Assembly: GCA_045613445.1 (NCBI GenBank)
Contig: JAZLAZ010000020.1
Span: 10,433 to 74,432, forward strand
Length of the DNA: 64,000 nucleotides
Source of the DNA: Candidatus Enterousia sp.
GTDB taxonomy: Bacteria > Pseudomonadota > Alphaproteobacteria > Rs-D84
Direction: 5' to 3'
A program made the translations under genes and the position numbers. A model generated the notes under the pieces. The model saw only the letters and a list, made by a program, of their open reading frames with translations, searched no databases and was not told the origin of the DNA. Shown one piece after another: positions 44,466 through 53,792 of the stretch. How positions within the stretch are numbered: position 1 is the first letter of the stretch; each line of letters starts with the position of its first letter.

Positions 44466-45859
44466 TATTGTTCGTTGTTCAATGTTTTTAATTTTTCATC
44501 CAACAAGGATTTTAATTGTTCTAATTTTTTTGTTGCTTGGTTCAGGTTTTCGGTACTGGCAACACAACCATCATTTTCATCCCAGAAATAGTTATTTCTG
44601 CAGTCGCATTTATTTTGTTTTTCTTGCCATTTGCCATTACCGTCTTTTTCACATAATTTTTTTGATGTTTCAAAGTTTGGTTCTATGCATTTTGTATAAT
44701 ATACCAGTGGTATATTCTGTCGTGTGCATCGATGTTTGTATGTGTCGGGTTGTGTGCCATTTTTACAAATGGCTATTTGCCAATTGCCTTGGACGCATAT
44801 GGCAGCCTCTGCGTTTGGGTGTTGATTTAAGAATTGTTGTTTGTCTTGCTTACATGCGTCTTCATCGCCACATGTATCGGTGTCTGTTGGTTGTATTGTT
44901 GTTTGGTCGATACATTTGCCGGTGTCATTGACTGTTTGGCTGTCTTGGCATTTAACAGATTTTTTTGATACACATTTGTTTTGTGTACTGTCTAAGAAAT
45001 GCGTGTCTTTGCATGTTTCTATTTTACATACTTTTTTATCGCCCTGACATTCATAATATGCCGCACTTGCGTTCAGGGCAGTGCATTTTTTTTCATCCCT
45101 TTGTAATTCGATACATTTATGATTTGATAATTTATACCCACATTTGCATGATTTTGCATGACAAACAACATCATTGCCCACCTTGACATACTTGGCGGTT
45201 TTTGCATTTTCTGATGTACAATTATCACCAACCTTTAGTTCGCATCCTGTATAGTACACAACGGTTTCGCCATTGCGTATACATGTGGCACGATTCTGTG
45301 GTTTATAGGGTTCAACACAGCCTGTGACATGAAGAACATTATTGATACAAACCGCACCAGAAATTTTGTTTTGATTTGTTTTCAGGAAATCAAATGTTGC
45401 TGTTTTAGAACACTTGTCATCTGGGCCGCATGTATCAGTTACAGTTGATTCAACTGTTGCTACTTTTTCTGCTTCTGTTACTGTGGATACGACCGCATCG
45501 TTTGTTGCAGGTGGCAGTTGCCACGCAGGAATTTCATTTTGTGTGGCACGACTTGCGGCTGCAAAGTTAAAACTTGATTTTGAATTGTTGTTATATAAGA
45601 GGTTGCAATATTCTGTGGCAGCAGCATCAAGTTCTTGTTGTGATATGCCTGATTTCAGTCCGTTTGTACATCCTAACATACCCGAATATTTTGTTGTTTC
45701 ATCCCCGTTTATTGTTACCTTGGAACAGTGTAGTTCGCCACCACCGTTGCAGAATCTTGATGTGGGGCTTTCTGGTAAATTGTCCAGAATTTTCGCGCCA
45801 AGTGCGGGCAGGGCGGATAATACAGATGTTATAAAAATGCCGATAATTCTGCGATTCAT
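44465..45859 (-). CDS. Secreted Cys-rich protein with an internal ~65-aa duplication (P4)
   Basis: Signal peptide MNRRIIGIFITSVLSALPALGA. Repeats are DTCGPDDKC...VVYYTGCE (nt 45239-45439) and DTCGDEDAC...LVYYTKCIE (nt 44684-44881). 'CKCGYKLSNHKCIE'. The stop overlaps the P3 start (TAATG). Confidence 0.75.
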   Translation of the reverse strand: MNRRIIGIFITSVLSALPALGAKILDNLPESPTSRFCNGGGELHCSKVTINGDETTKYSGMLGCTNGLKSGISQQELDAAATEYCNLLYNNNSKSSFNFAAASRATQNEIPAWQLPPATNDAVVSTVTEAEKVATVESTVTDTCGPDDKCSKTATFDFLKTNQNKISGAVCINNVLHVTGCVEPYKPQNRATCIRNGETVVYYTGCELKVGDNCTSENAKTAKYVKVGNDVVCHAKSCKCGYKLSNHKCIELQRDEKKCTALNASAAYYECQGDKKVCKIETCKDTHFLDSTQNKCVSKKSVKCQDSQTVNDTGKCIDQTTIQPTDTDTCGDEDACKQDKQQFLNQHPNAEAAICVQGNWQIAICKNGTQPDTYKHRCTRQNIPLVYYTKCIEPNFETSKKLCEKDGNGKWQEKQNKCDCRNNYFWDENDGCVASTENLNQATKKLEQLKSLLDEKLKTLNNEQ

Positions 45860-45925
45860 GGATACGCTAAACTCTCTCTGTTACAGATAATTCTATCATT
45901 TTATAAGCGTTCAGACAAGGTGTTT

Positions 45926-47188
45926 TTAGTTGTCTGATTCATTGCGACGCGCGTTTCTGTTTGTTTCGCGCGCTGCTTGTTTGTTTGCGCGATCTATTTT
46001 CTTTTGATCGTCAATACAGCCACTTTCTTCGTCAAATGATTTTGTACCTTTGCATTTGCAGTTGTTTATTGCTTTTTGCCATGTGCCACCGGTGGTTGTG
46101 CATAATTCTTCGCCCAGGGCGCGCTCTGCCTTGGCGCGGTCGGTTGCACGATCAATCGCACCGGATGTTAGTGCGCCAGCCGCCATACCGACGCCTGCAC
46201 CCAATGCTGCAGATGATGCAGATGTTTGGGCGCGTGTTAAACGAAATGCGTTTTCCATAAATGTTGTAATGTCAACACCAAACCAGTTTTGTGTGCAATC
46301 AAATGTTGAACCGGCATATGCTTTCTTAGATGCGTATAATGTGTTGTCTTCACCAGCATAGAAATTTACAGTATAAACACAATCTAGCGATCGTTCGTCA
46401 AACATTGCGCCCAATCGATTACATGTGTCGCGCATGGCGTCACGTAATTCGTATAAACGCTGTTCATCGCGTGCGATGGCTTTTTCTGCGTTGCCACGCA
46501 GGTTGCCGAATACCTCCATCGCGCGGGATGACAAACCGCTGTCTTGCTGTTTGCAATTTGTTGCAATCTTTGCGCATTTTTGTATCGCTTTGTCACCAGC
46601 GGATTTGCCAAGGCAGTTTGTGAATTTTTGACCACATTCTGTTATTATGCAGTTATTGTATTCGTTCCCACAGTCAATAACAGATGTGTATTGTGACAAT
46701 TTGGCGTTCATGTCACGGTCAGCCTTGATTTCAGTGCTGAATAATCTGTATTCTTCGCCAGTGCATTGTGTGTCGCGACGACATAAGTCCATTTTGTTGC
46801 CCCATGCGGTGTCTGTGTCGCCAGAACATTGACCAAAGTCGTTCCCGCATTTCGATTTTATGCATGCGCGCAATTTTTGGTCACAATCATTTATGCCAGA
46901 TTTCTGGGTGGACTTAGTCTTTTGTGCCGCTGTCTCGCGGGCGGATTGTGCATTTAATGCAGCACGCTGTTTGCGAATTTTGTCTGCCAATGCATCGTCG
47001 TTTGCTGTGTTTGCAGCAGAATTTGTTGCGCCCAATACTTCATCAAACTGAGAAGTTTTCATTTCTATATTATATTCAGATGATGCCGCATGTGCGTTTG
47101 TGCACAGTAATGCACATACTGTAACCAGACCGCCAAGAAACAACGATGTTATTGTTTGTTTATTAAATTTTGATGAATTTTTTATCAT
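45926..47188 (-). CDS. Secreted Cys-rich protein with a glycine zipper (P5)
   Basis: Signal peptide ...LVTVCALLCTNAHA. Modules CDQKLRACIKSKCGNDFGQC and CGNEYNNCIITECGQKFTNC. Zipper AALGAGVGMAAGALTSGAI. Tail CTTTGGTWQKAINNCKCKGTKSFDEESGC. Confidence 0.75.
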   Translation of the reverse strand: MIKNSSKFNKQTITSLFLGGLVTVCALLCTNAHAASSEYNIEMKTSQFDEVLGATNSAANTANDDALADKIRKQRAALNAQSARETAAQKTKSTQKSGINDCDQKLRACIKSKCGNDFGQCSGDTDTAWGNKMDLCRRDTQCTGEEYRLFSTEIKADRDMNAKLSQYTSVIDCGNEYNNCIITECGQKFTNCLGKSAGDKAIQKCAKIATNCKQQDSGLSSRAMEVFGNLRGNAEKAIARDEQRLYELRDAMRDTCNRLGAMFDERSLDCVYTVNFYAGEDNTLYASKKAYAGSTFDCTQNWFGVDITTFMENAFRLTRAQTSASSAALGAGVGMAAGALTSGAIDRATDRAKAERALGEELCTTTGGTWQKAINNCKCKGTKSFDEESGCIDDQKKIDRANKQAARETNRNARRNESDN

Positions 47189-47208
47189 TTCTTCTTAGGC
47201 TTCTTTGG

Positions 47209-48066
47209 TTATCGTAATGTGTTGCATGCGATCTTGTGGAATTGGCATAACAGACCAGCAGAAACAAGTTCTGTGTTGTTTTCGCATTGATCTGGCATAT
47301 TGTTTGTGCATACTGTTTCGACGCATTTGTCGTATTCAGAATTGTTTTCACAACCTGTGCGTGTGTCAGATAATTTTGTCGCACGGGAATTTTGATATGC
47401 AGTGATAATTTGTGTCAAAATATTGTCTGTGTTTTTTATCGCATTGTCACGTTCAGACAGTAATGTAATGCGTATATCAGACATGAATTCGTCGCATCCA
47501 GTTGATTGAACGCCACATGCAGAAAAGAATTTGTCAAAGTTTGTATTTTCTTCACAATTTCTGTAATCGGCGTTGCATGCTTTTTCTGCAATTACGCAGG
47601 CTGTAATTTCTGATTCACATTCTGATTTTGTGTGTGTTTTTTTTGCATTTGCCTGTAATTTTGTCATTTGGGCAGATATACCAGCTGCAGTACAAGACTG
47701 TTCAATCAAATTATCGTATGTAGCAGTTACATCATCAGGTGTACAACCTGCAACCTTGGCAATGCATTGTTTTGTAGCCCAAACATATCTTTCGCCAGGA
47801 TCGTTTGGCGCTTTCTTTAATTCGTTCGCAGAAATATTATATTTTGCGGATGTGCCTGTTGATACAGAACGCATATTATTTTTTTGCGGTGCGCCAGCCC
47901 CAGATGTGCCACAGTACTGACAGCGCGCAGCCGGATTTGACGATATATTTATCGCACATACAGAATCCAAACATCTGGTCAGATTTGCGCGTGAACAGGT
48001 CGTCGCAGCATCTGCAATGTGACAGGTTAGTATAACAATTGGTAAAAATAGTAGATGTGCTTTCAT
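47209..48066 (-). CDS. Secreted Cys-rich protein (P6; first gene of the operon)
   Basis: Signal peptide MKAHLLFLPIVILTCHIADA. 'CSRANLTRCLDSVCAINISSNPAARCQYC' is a knot variant. Module CESEITACVIAEKACNADYRNC. Confidence 0.75.
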   Translation of the reverse strand: MKAHLLFLPIVILTCHIADAATTCSRANLTRCLDSVCAINISSNPAARCQYCGTSGAGAPQKNNMRSVSTGTSAKYNISANELKKAPNDPGERYVWATKQCIAKVAGCTPDDVTATYDNLIEQSCTAAGISAQMTKLQANAKKTHTKSECESEITACVIAEKACNADYRNCEENTNFDKFFSACGVQSTGCDEFMSDIRITLLSERDNAIKNTDNILTQIITAYQNSRATKLSDTRTGCENNSEYDKCVETVCTNNMPDQCENNTELVSAGLLCQFHKIACNTLR

Positions 48067-48137
48067 ATTCTCTCTGGTCTGGTTGATTATAACATATTAT
48101 ATGTATTGCGTGCAAAGAAAAAATATTAAAATAACAC

Positions 48138-48166
48138 TTGACAAAATAATATTGTTTGTCTATAAT
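48138..48166 (+). promoter_or_regulatory. Consensus sigma70 promoter TTGACA-N17-TATAAT
   Basis: TTGACA at 48138-48143, a 17-nt spacer, TATAAT at 48161-48166. It lies 32 nt upstream of ATG 48198. Confidence 0.65.
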
Positions 48167-48197
48167 ATACTGTGTAATTAAACAAAAGGATTAAAAT

Positions 48198-48668
48198 ATG
48201 GCTTCTAGTTCGAATACTTTAAGAGATATTGCATTGTCAATAAGTGCGGCTTCTTTGGTGACGGTTGCGATTTTGTTCGGTGTAACACAATGTTCTGGTG
48301 ATAAAAAATCAGAAAAAGTTGTTGATAAAAAAACACCAAAAATCGAAGTTGTAAATAACAATAAAGTTGTTGCCAATGGTAATGCAAATGTAAAGAGCAA
48401 CAGCAGAGTCGTCGTTGGTGATGCGATTGTCGTTGAAAATAATAATGAAGTTGTTGTAGAAAAAGATTGTGGTTGCAACAAGGTTAAGGTTGTAAAAGAA
48501 CAGCCAAAACCAGTACAAAAGAAAAAGCCTGTGCAGCCAAAACCAGCACCAGTTGTTGTGCGTGATACGGTATATGTGCCTGTGCAGGTGAAACAAGATA
48601 CTGTACAGCAGGCTCAGAAATTGAAATGTTCTATTGTTGGTTTTGAAATTAGTACACGTGTACGTTAA
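48198..48668 (+). CDS. Hypothetical membrane-anchored Lys/Val/Pro-rich protein
   Basis: Single N-terminal hydrophobic helix IALSISAASLVTVAILFGV, then low-complexity KVV / KPVQPKP repeats. Confidence 0.5.
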   Translation: MASSSNTLRDIALSISAASLVTVAILFGVTQCSGDKKSEKVVDKKTPKIEVVNNNKVVANGNANVKSNSRVVVGDAIVVENNNEVVVEKDCGCNKVKVVKEQPKPVQKKKPVQPKPAPVVVRDTVYVPVQVKQDTVQQAQKLKCSIVGFEISTRVR

Positions 48669-48697
48669 TTGAGCTAAGTTTTGTGTGTTGAAAAGTA

Positions 48698-48727
48698 AGC
48701 CTGTCATATATTGATGGGCTTTTTTTA
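48698..48727 (+). terminator. Rho-independent terminator
   Basis: AGCCTGTCA-TATAT-TGATGGGCT (9 bp including 2 G:U) followed by TTTTTTT. Confidence 0.65.
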
Positions 48728-48793
48728 TGTTTTTATACTAGACAGATAAATTATTCTTGTGATAAGATATTATTTGTATAAAAGAGTGTAGGA

Positions 48794-51700
48794 ATGAAAT
48801 TCATAAGAATTTTGCTGTTTTCATTGTTTTTTGTGCCTGTGGCATCGTTTGCGTCGTCAAGTGAGTTTATGATGGCTGCACAGTTATTAGCGGCCGCAAA
48901 AAATGCAGATATTCAACAAGTGCAAAGTTTGGTTAATGCTGGGGCAGATGTGAATTTTGTTGATTCTACGGGCTTATCGATTGTTTGTACTGCACTGATG
49001 AATAATGATGTGCGTGCTGCACAAATCTTACAGATGTATGGTGCTGATGCGTCCAGATGTGATTCTCAGATAAAAAAGTTTAATAATAGAACAAAACCAA
49101 AACCGTCAGGTGGATTGTTTAGCGGACTGTCGTCTGCCCAAAGTCTTACTTTAACGGCGGCGGGGGCCGCCGTTGTTGTAGGAGGGTTGTTTTTGCTGAC
49201 CGATGTATTTGATCCAGGTAATGACAACGAATCGTCTGGTAATGGTGGCAATCGTCCAAATAATAATCCAAATAATAATGGTGGTGCTGTTGGGGGTGGT
49301 AATTTGGCGTTGTCTGTGCCATACAGTCCTGCATATTTGGCGCCAGACGGTAAAATTACAACAGATGATGCCGTGTATCAGGCAAACTTAAAGTTGTGGG
49401 ACCCAAGTGGTAATAATGTTCGTACATGGGATTTTAATTATTTCAGACCAACTGTACAGACGGCTAATAATTACTTGGTTGATGGTATTGATGTTCCTGT
49501 GCAAAATTATTTGCTGATGATGCATGGGTATTCTGCGTTCGCAAATGATTATCTGGGACAGGAAATATTCCGTGATACAACAACGCATAATCCAGTGCCT
49601 GTGTCAAACAAGACAGGTGGTGGAAAACCCGTTGCTGTGGCATTGGTTACTGCAAATGGTTTGAATCCAACCGGTTCTGCAACGCGTGGTGATGGTATTT
49701 TGTATGCCGCAACCGCAGCTGCAGATTCTGTAACAGCACTGGTGGATAAGTATATAAATTATGGTAATCCGAATAAAGTATCTGGTGTTTTGGGAACAGA
49801 AATTTCGGGATTTGATTTGTCTGGTTCTGGTACTGCAATGAATCCTTTTGCCAGTGCATATCAAAATTCGCTGGGTAAAATCGTTGCCGGGTGGTATGGC
49901 ACGACAAATGATTTAACAGATGCTGATGTGCGTGGTTATGGTGATTTCTTTGGTTTTGTGCCAAATGGACGGCTGGGAATATATCGAACCGGTAATGGTA
50001 AACAGTGGGGCGATGTTGACACACCAACCAGTGGTGCTGTTGTTGGAACTGTTACAGACGCAGATGCGAATTTAGCATTGAATTCCGGTGATACGATTGT
50101 GCTAAATGGTGTTACATATAATTTGAAGTTGGCATTGGATGAAACAACACTGACCAACCCAACTGTTACAATTGGCGATACAACATATAAACTAGATGAA
50201 AATAGTAAAATGCTGATAGGGCAATGTGTTGGAACAGATTGTTCTGATATCGCAATTTATCAAGGACTGGATAATTTTTACTATGTAAATACGACTGGTG
50301 GGGATACTGTGGATTCTGTTTATGTGCTGAATAATAATAATCTGTATGTGCAAAAAGAATTACAGGATGCGGATTTTGCAACTTTCCAGGCGTTAAATAA
50401 AGCATGGGCATCTGGGGCAGGTGTGGTGGCAAATGTCAATCTGATTGATGCATCGCGTAACAGTAACTATAAAACAATTGCGGATATGCCTGCGTATATA
50501 GCAACCAGTTCACAGGCAGACGATCAAGATTTTATTGGTCTGATAAATTCTGTGTACGAAGGTAACAATGCAGATGTAAAAACACAGGGGGCATATGCAA
50601 ATGAAATGTTCTATAATTACAGTGCGTCGTCCCCAATTATGGTGATGCCTGCGGGTGAATTTGTATGGAATAATGGTTCTGTATTGGATGCGACATTTGA
50701 AAATTATGCGCCTGTGTTGTATGGAAATAATGTTGCAGATAATTTTATGACAGTTGTTGCAGTGCAACATTCGTCAGATAACGGCACATCCAGTGCAAAT
50801 TCTATTGGTGCATATGGTAATGGAACGGGGGCTGATTATGGGCCGTTATATTTGTCAATGTATTCCAAAGATGATGTGCTGTATTCTTCGCGTAAATGTG
50901 GTGTGGCAGGAACAGGTGTCGGAACAATTGATCCATGGTGTTTCGCAGCAGCAGGGGCAACAGCAGAAATGGCAACAGCATCTGCAGCAGGTGCGGTGGC
51001 TTCGTTGCAGGGGGCTTTTGATTACATGTCTAATTCACAGGTTTATCAATTGTTGGCATTGACCGCAGATGGGTATTTGCTGGGGACAGATGCATCTGGG
51101 GTTGCGTTTAATCAGGAAACATTGGCGACATATTTAAAAACAATGTATGCATTGCCACCAGAATATTATGCAGACAGCTTGACACCAGATAAATATTTAG
51201 AAGCGTTTGCAGAAACATATGGTTATGGTTTAATCAATCTGGAACGCGCGATGACACCGGGCAAGTCAATATATTTCTTTGATGGAAACGAAATTGTTTC
51301 CGCAGATGGTAATGCGTATTGGCGTGCCGCATCAAATACAGTATTCAGACCATCAGCTGCATTAAATTTATCTGGGGTATCAATCAGTGCACCGTTCTTT
51401 GATGTGGTGGAAAGTGTTGATGGTAAAATGTCTTTGCCGCGTGTATGGGAAAATGAATTTGCGTTTGATTCGACCGATGTACACGGATTGTATATGGGCG
51501 ATGTATTGGGTGACTTAAAAACAACGCGCGATAATCAGCAAGTAATAAAAGTGGGTAATTTGAATTTTTCAATGGCTGTGTCTGAACGGGCGTATGAAGA
51601 TTATATGGGTGGATTGGACAGTTTAAGATTATCGTACAGTTCTGGTAATTTAGATTTAGGCGCGTCTTATCAACGATATTTAACAAATGGCACATCACGG

Positions 51701-52480
51701 TTCAGCGGGTTGCAAAATCCGATTATGGGATTGGTATCAAACGCAATTGTATCAGATGTTGCGTATAATATTGGTAATTTGACATTTGGTGGTCATGTCT
51801 TTTCTGGGGTGATAACGGATGAAGGTTTGTTGGAAAATGATCCGACGATTTCTGCGCAATATATGCCTGCAAAATTGGGGTTGATGGACGGTGTGGATTC
51901 TTTTGTTGCGTGGAACAATAATGATTTTCGTTTAAAAACATCGTTTGGTATCGCAAATGAAACAGATACTTTGTTGGGGGCATATACAGATGGTTTATTA
52001 AATCTGGGGGCAGGTAAGACAATGTACACAGATATAGAAGCCCAGTATAAATTAAATGCAAATATAGATGTTATTGCGCGTGCCACATTTGCCAAGACAT
52101 CGTCTGATGCAACAGGTAATTTTATCTTGGGGTTGTCTGATGTTTATTCAAATGCGTTTGCGTTTGGGGCAAATATAGGTAATTTTGAATTTAGTGTTTC
52201 GCAGCCATTGGCAATAAATAGTGGGTCGATGAAATATGCATACGCAAAATACGAAGTTGATGCAGATTCAAATCTGAATATTGTTGATACTTATATTGCA
52301 GATTTGTCGTTAAAGACAGATGTTCGTGAAACAAGATTTATGGGAACTTATCGTCATAAGTTTGGTGAATTTACAGATGGTGCGTTTGGATTCATATATC
52401 GTATAAATCCAAATCATACTGATGAATTTGGAAATGAATCTATATTTATGATGAAAATAAATCATCGTTTGGGAATATAG
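48794..52480 (+). CDS. Ankyrin-repeat-headed autotransporter with a degenerate (probably inactive) S8 subtilase-like domain
   Basis: Signal peptide MKFIRILLFSLFFVPVASFA. Ankyrin-like 'LLAAAKNADIQQVQSLVNAGADVNFVDSTGLSIVCTALMNNDVRAAQILQMYGADAS'. Collinear with the S8 autotransporter at 21318-23150, but 'GTSFAAP' becomes 'ATASAAG' and 'VFDSG' becomes 'LVTANG'. Confidence 0.65.
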   Translation: MKFIRILLFSLFFVPVASFASSSEFMMAAQLLAAAKNADIQQVQSLVNAGADVNFVDSTGLSIVCTALMNNDVRAAQILQMYGADASRCDSQIKKFNNRTKPKPSGGLFSGLSSAQSLTLTAAGAAVVVGGLFLLTDVFDPGNDNESSGNGGNRPNNNPNNNGGAVGGGNLALSVPYSPAYLAPDGKITTDDAVYQANLKLWDPSGNNVRTWDFNYFRPTVQTANNYLVDGIDVPVQNYLLMMHGYSAFANDYLGQEIFRDTTTHNPVPVSNKTGGGKPVAVALVTANGLNPTGSATRGDGILYAATAAADSVTALVDKYINYGNPNKVSGVLGTEISGFDLSGSGTAMNPFASAYQNSLGKIVAGWYGTTNDLTDADVRGYGDFFGFVPNGRLGIYRTGNGKQWGDVDTPTSGAVVGTVTDADANLALNSGDTIVLNGVTYNLKLALDETTLTNPTVTIGDTTYKLDENSKMLIGQCVGTDCSDIAIYQGLDNFYYVNTTGGDTVDSVYVLNNNNLYVQKELQDADFATFQALNKAWASGAGVVANVNLIDASRNSNYKTIADMPAYIATSSQADDQDFIGLINSVYEGNNADVKTQGAYANEMFYNYSASSPIMVMPAGEFVWNNGSVLDATFENYAPVLYGNNVADNFMTVVAVQHSSDNGTSSANSIGAYGNGTGADYGPLYLSMYSKDDVLYSSRKCGVAGTGVGTIDPWCFAAAGATAEMATASAAGAVASLQGAFDYMSNSQVYQLLALTADGYLLGTDASGVAFNQETLATYLKTMYALPPEYYADSLTPDKYLEAFAETYGYGLINLERAMTPGKSIYFFDGNEIVSADGNAYWRAASNTVFRPSAALNLSGVSISAPFFDVVESVDGKMSLPRVWENEFAFDSTDVHGLYMGDVLGDLKTTRDNQQVIKVGNLNFSMAVSERAYEDYMGGLDSLRLSYSSGNLDLGASYQRYLTNGTSRFSGLQNPIMGLVSNAIVSDVAYNIGNLTFGGHVFSGVITDEGLLENDPTISAQYMPAKLGLMDGVDSFVAWNNNDFRLKTSFGIANETDTLLGAYTDGLLNLGAGKTMYTDIEAQYKLNANIDVIARATFAKTSSDATGNFILGLSDVYSNAFAFGANIGNFEFSVSQPLAINSGSMKYAYAKYEVDADSNLNIVDTYIADLSLKTDVRETRFMGTYRHKFGEFTDGAFGFIYRINPNHTDEFGNESIFMMKINHRLGI

Positions 52481-52553
52481 TTTGTAAATTTTGTATCACT
52501 TGACAAGATTGATTTTTGTGATATTTTTCATTTGTATGTAACAGGATATAAAA

Positions 52554-53003
52554 ATGAAAAATAGTTGTAAAAAAGTTTTGCGTGTCGTTGTTGATTATGT
52601 ACAAGATTTAATCACAATGCATCAGGATAAAAATTTTTATGAAATAAAATCCAATACACCGGAAAAGGATGCACAGGCATTGTTTCATTTGTTAAATGGG
52701 CATGCGTTTTGTGACTATGCGCGTAATGGTAATAAATATTTATATTGCTTTCTTTTTGGTGACAGTGAACAAGATTTGCGTGTTGCAAAATATATCTTGC
52801 GTTCCAATGGTATAAAACCAAGATTGCATCTTAGTTATTACTATTCTGAACCAGTATTGGCATTTCGTGCTCGTATTTTTGATATTGAAAACAATGACAA
52901 GGCAAATGTTTTTAAAGAAAATTTAATAAAATTGCGAACTGAATTTAATATAGATAAAAATGCAGTTAGGCATTTGGAGCAAATCAAACAAAAGGTTATG
53001 TAA
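52554..53003 (+). CDS. Hypothetical cytoplasmic protein
   Basis: 149-aa ORF with a terminator downstream and no recognisable motif. Confidence 0.45.
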   Translation: MKNSCKKVLRVVVDYVQDLITMHQDKNFYEIKSNTPEKDAQALFHLLNGHAFCDYARNGNKYLYCFLFGDSEQDLRVAKYILRSNGIKPRLHLSYYYSEPVLAFRARIFDIENNDKANVFKENLIKLRTEFNIDKNAVRHLEQIKQKVM

Positions 53004-53034
53004 AAAAATCCCAAAGCTGGGATTTTTATTTTTT
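53002..53034. terminator. Bidirectional terminator (AAAAAAATCCC-AAAGC-TGGGATTTTTATTTTTT)
   Basis: Between convergent genes. Overlaps the last codons of the 53026-53730 ORF. Confidence 0.7.
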
Positions 53035-53730
53035 GAAATATTGCGATTTTTGGGCCTGAGAGATTGATTCCATTTTATCAAACATTCGTTCTGCATCTGT
53101 TGTAGTGGTTGGCCCCAAATGTGTGTTTTTGGAATATGTTGCACCATTTAATATGATTATGCGTTCCGGCTGTAATTTGTTATTGACGCAGTCTATATAG
53201 TATGTGCTGTTGTCATAGTATTTACCGAAACATTTTCCATTTTCAACGGCGGCATAACTGTTTTTCTTTAATGTTTCACATGTTGGTTGTGTGCCATGTA
53301 AAATGTCACCGTTTGGCAGTGTTTCATCAGAATAATCCAATACACCTTCACACCAAACCTTTACATAATCGCCTTTGACCATTACTTCGTTCCCTGACTT
53401 ATTAGTTTTGCGTCGGCCAAAGCAATCGCCATTTTCTGATAATAATTCTGTGTCATAATCTGTTTTAATAATATTTTTGTTGTTCATATCTTTTTTGCTG
53501 ACTAAAAGAGGAACAGCAGTATTTTCAACCAAGGCGTCTGGGCAAATATATTTCATGCCACGACATTTGGAATATGTATCCCACATTTCTGTATCAAATC
53601 CATTTCCCATAGTGGTGTAACATTTTGTTGTGTCGATGCGACAAATTGTTATTTGTTCCCACCATGGCAATGATATTGCCTGGTGTGTGAAAATTATAAT
53701 GCTTGCCAAGATTATTAAAAAACTTTTCAT
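53026..53730 (-). CDS. Hypothetical secreted Cys-containing protein
   Basis: Signal peptide MKSFLIILASIIIFTHQAIS, about 12 Cys, no shared module with the P family detected by eye. Confidence 0.5.
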   Translation of the reverse strand: MKSFLIILASIIIFTHQAISLPWWEQITICRIDTTKCYTTMGNGFDTEMWDTYSKCRGMKYICPDALVENTAVPLLVSKKDMNNKNIIKTDYDTELLSENGDCFGRRKTNKSGNEVMVKGDYVKVWCEGVLDYSDETLPNGDILHGTQPTCETLKKNSYAAVENGKCFGKYYDNSTYYIDCVNNKLQPERIIILNGATYSKNTHLGPTTTTDAERMFDKMESISQAQKSQYFKK

Positions 53731-53792
53731 GCTTTTGTTTTATTGTTGTTGTTGGTTATTCTATCATATTTGTAGTTATATAACTATTGTTT

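Noticed and set aside
43453-44931. Plus-strand ORFs of 244 aa (43453-44187) and 232 aa (44233-44931) opposite the Cys-rich operon
   Set aside because: The minus-strand genes have signal peptides, conserved Cys modules and an OmpA domain. The plus-strand products are hydrophobic, low-complexity artefacts with no start context.
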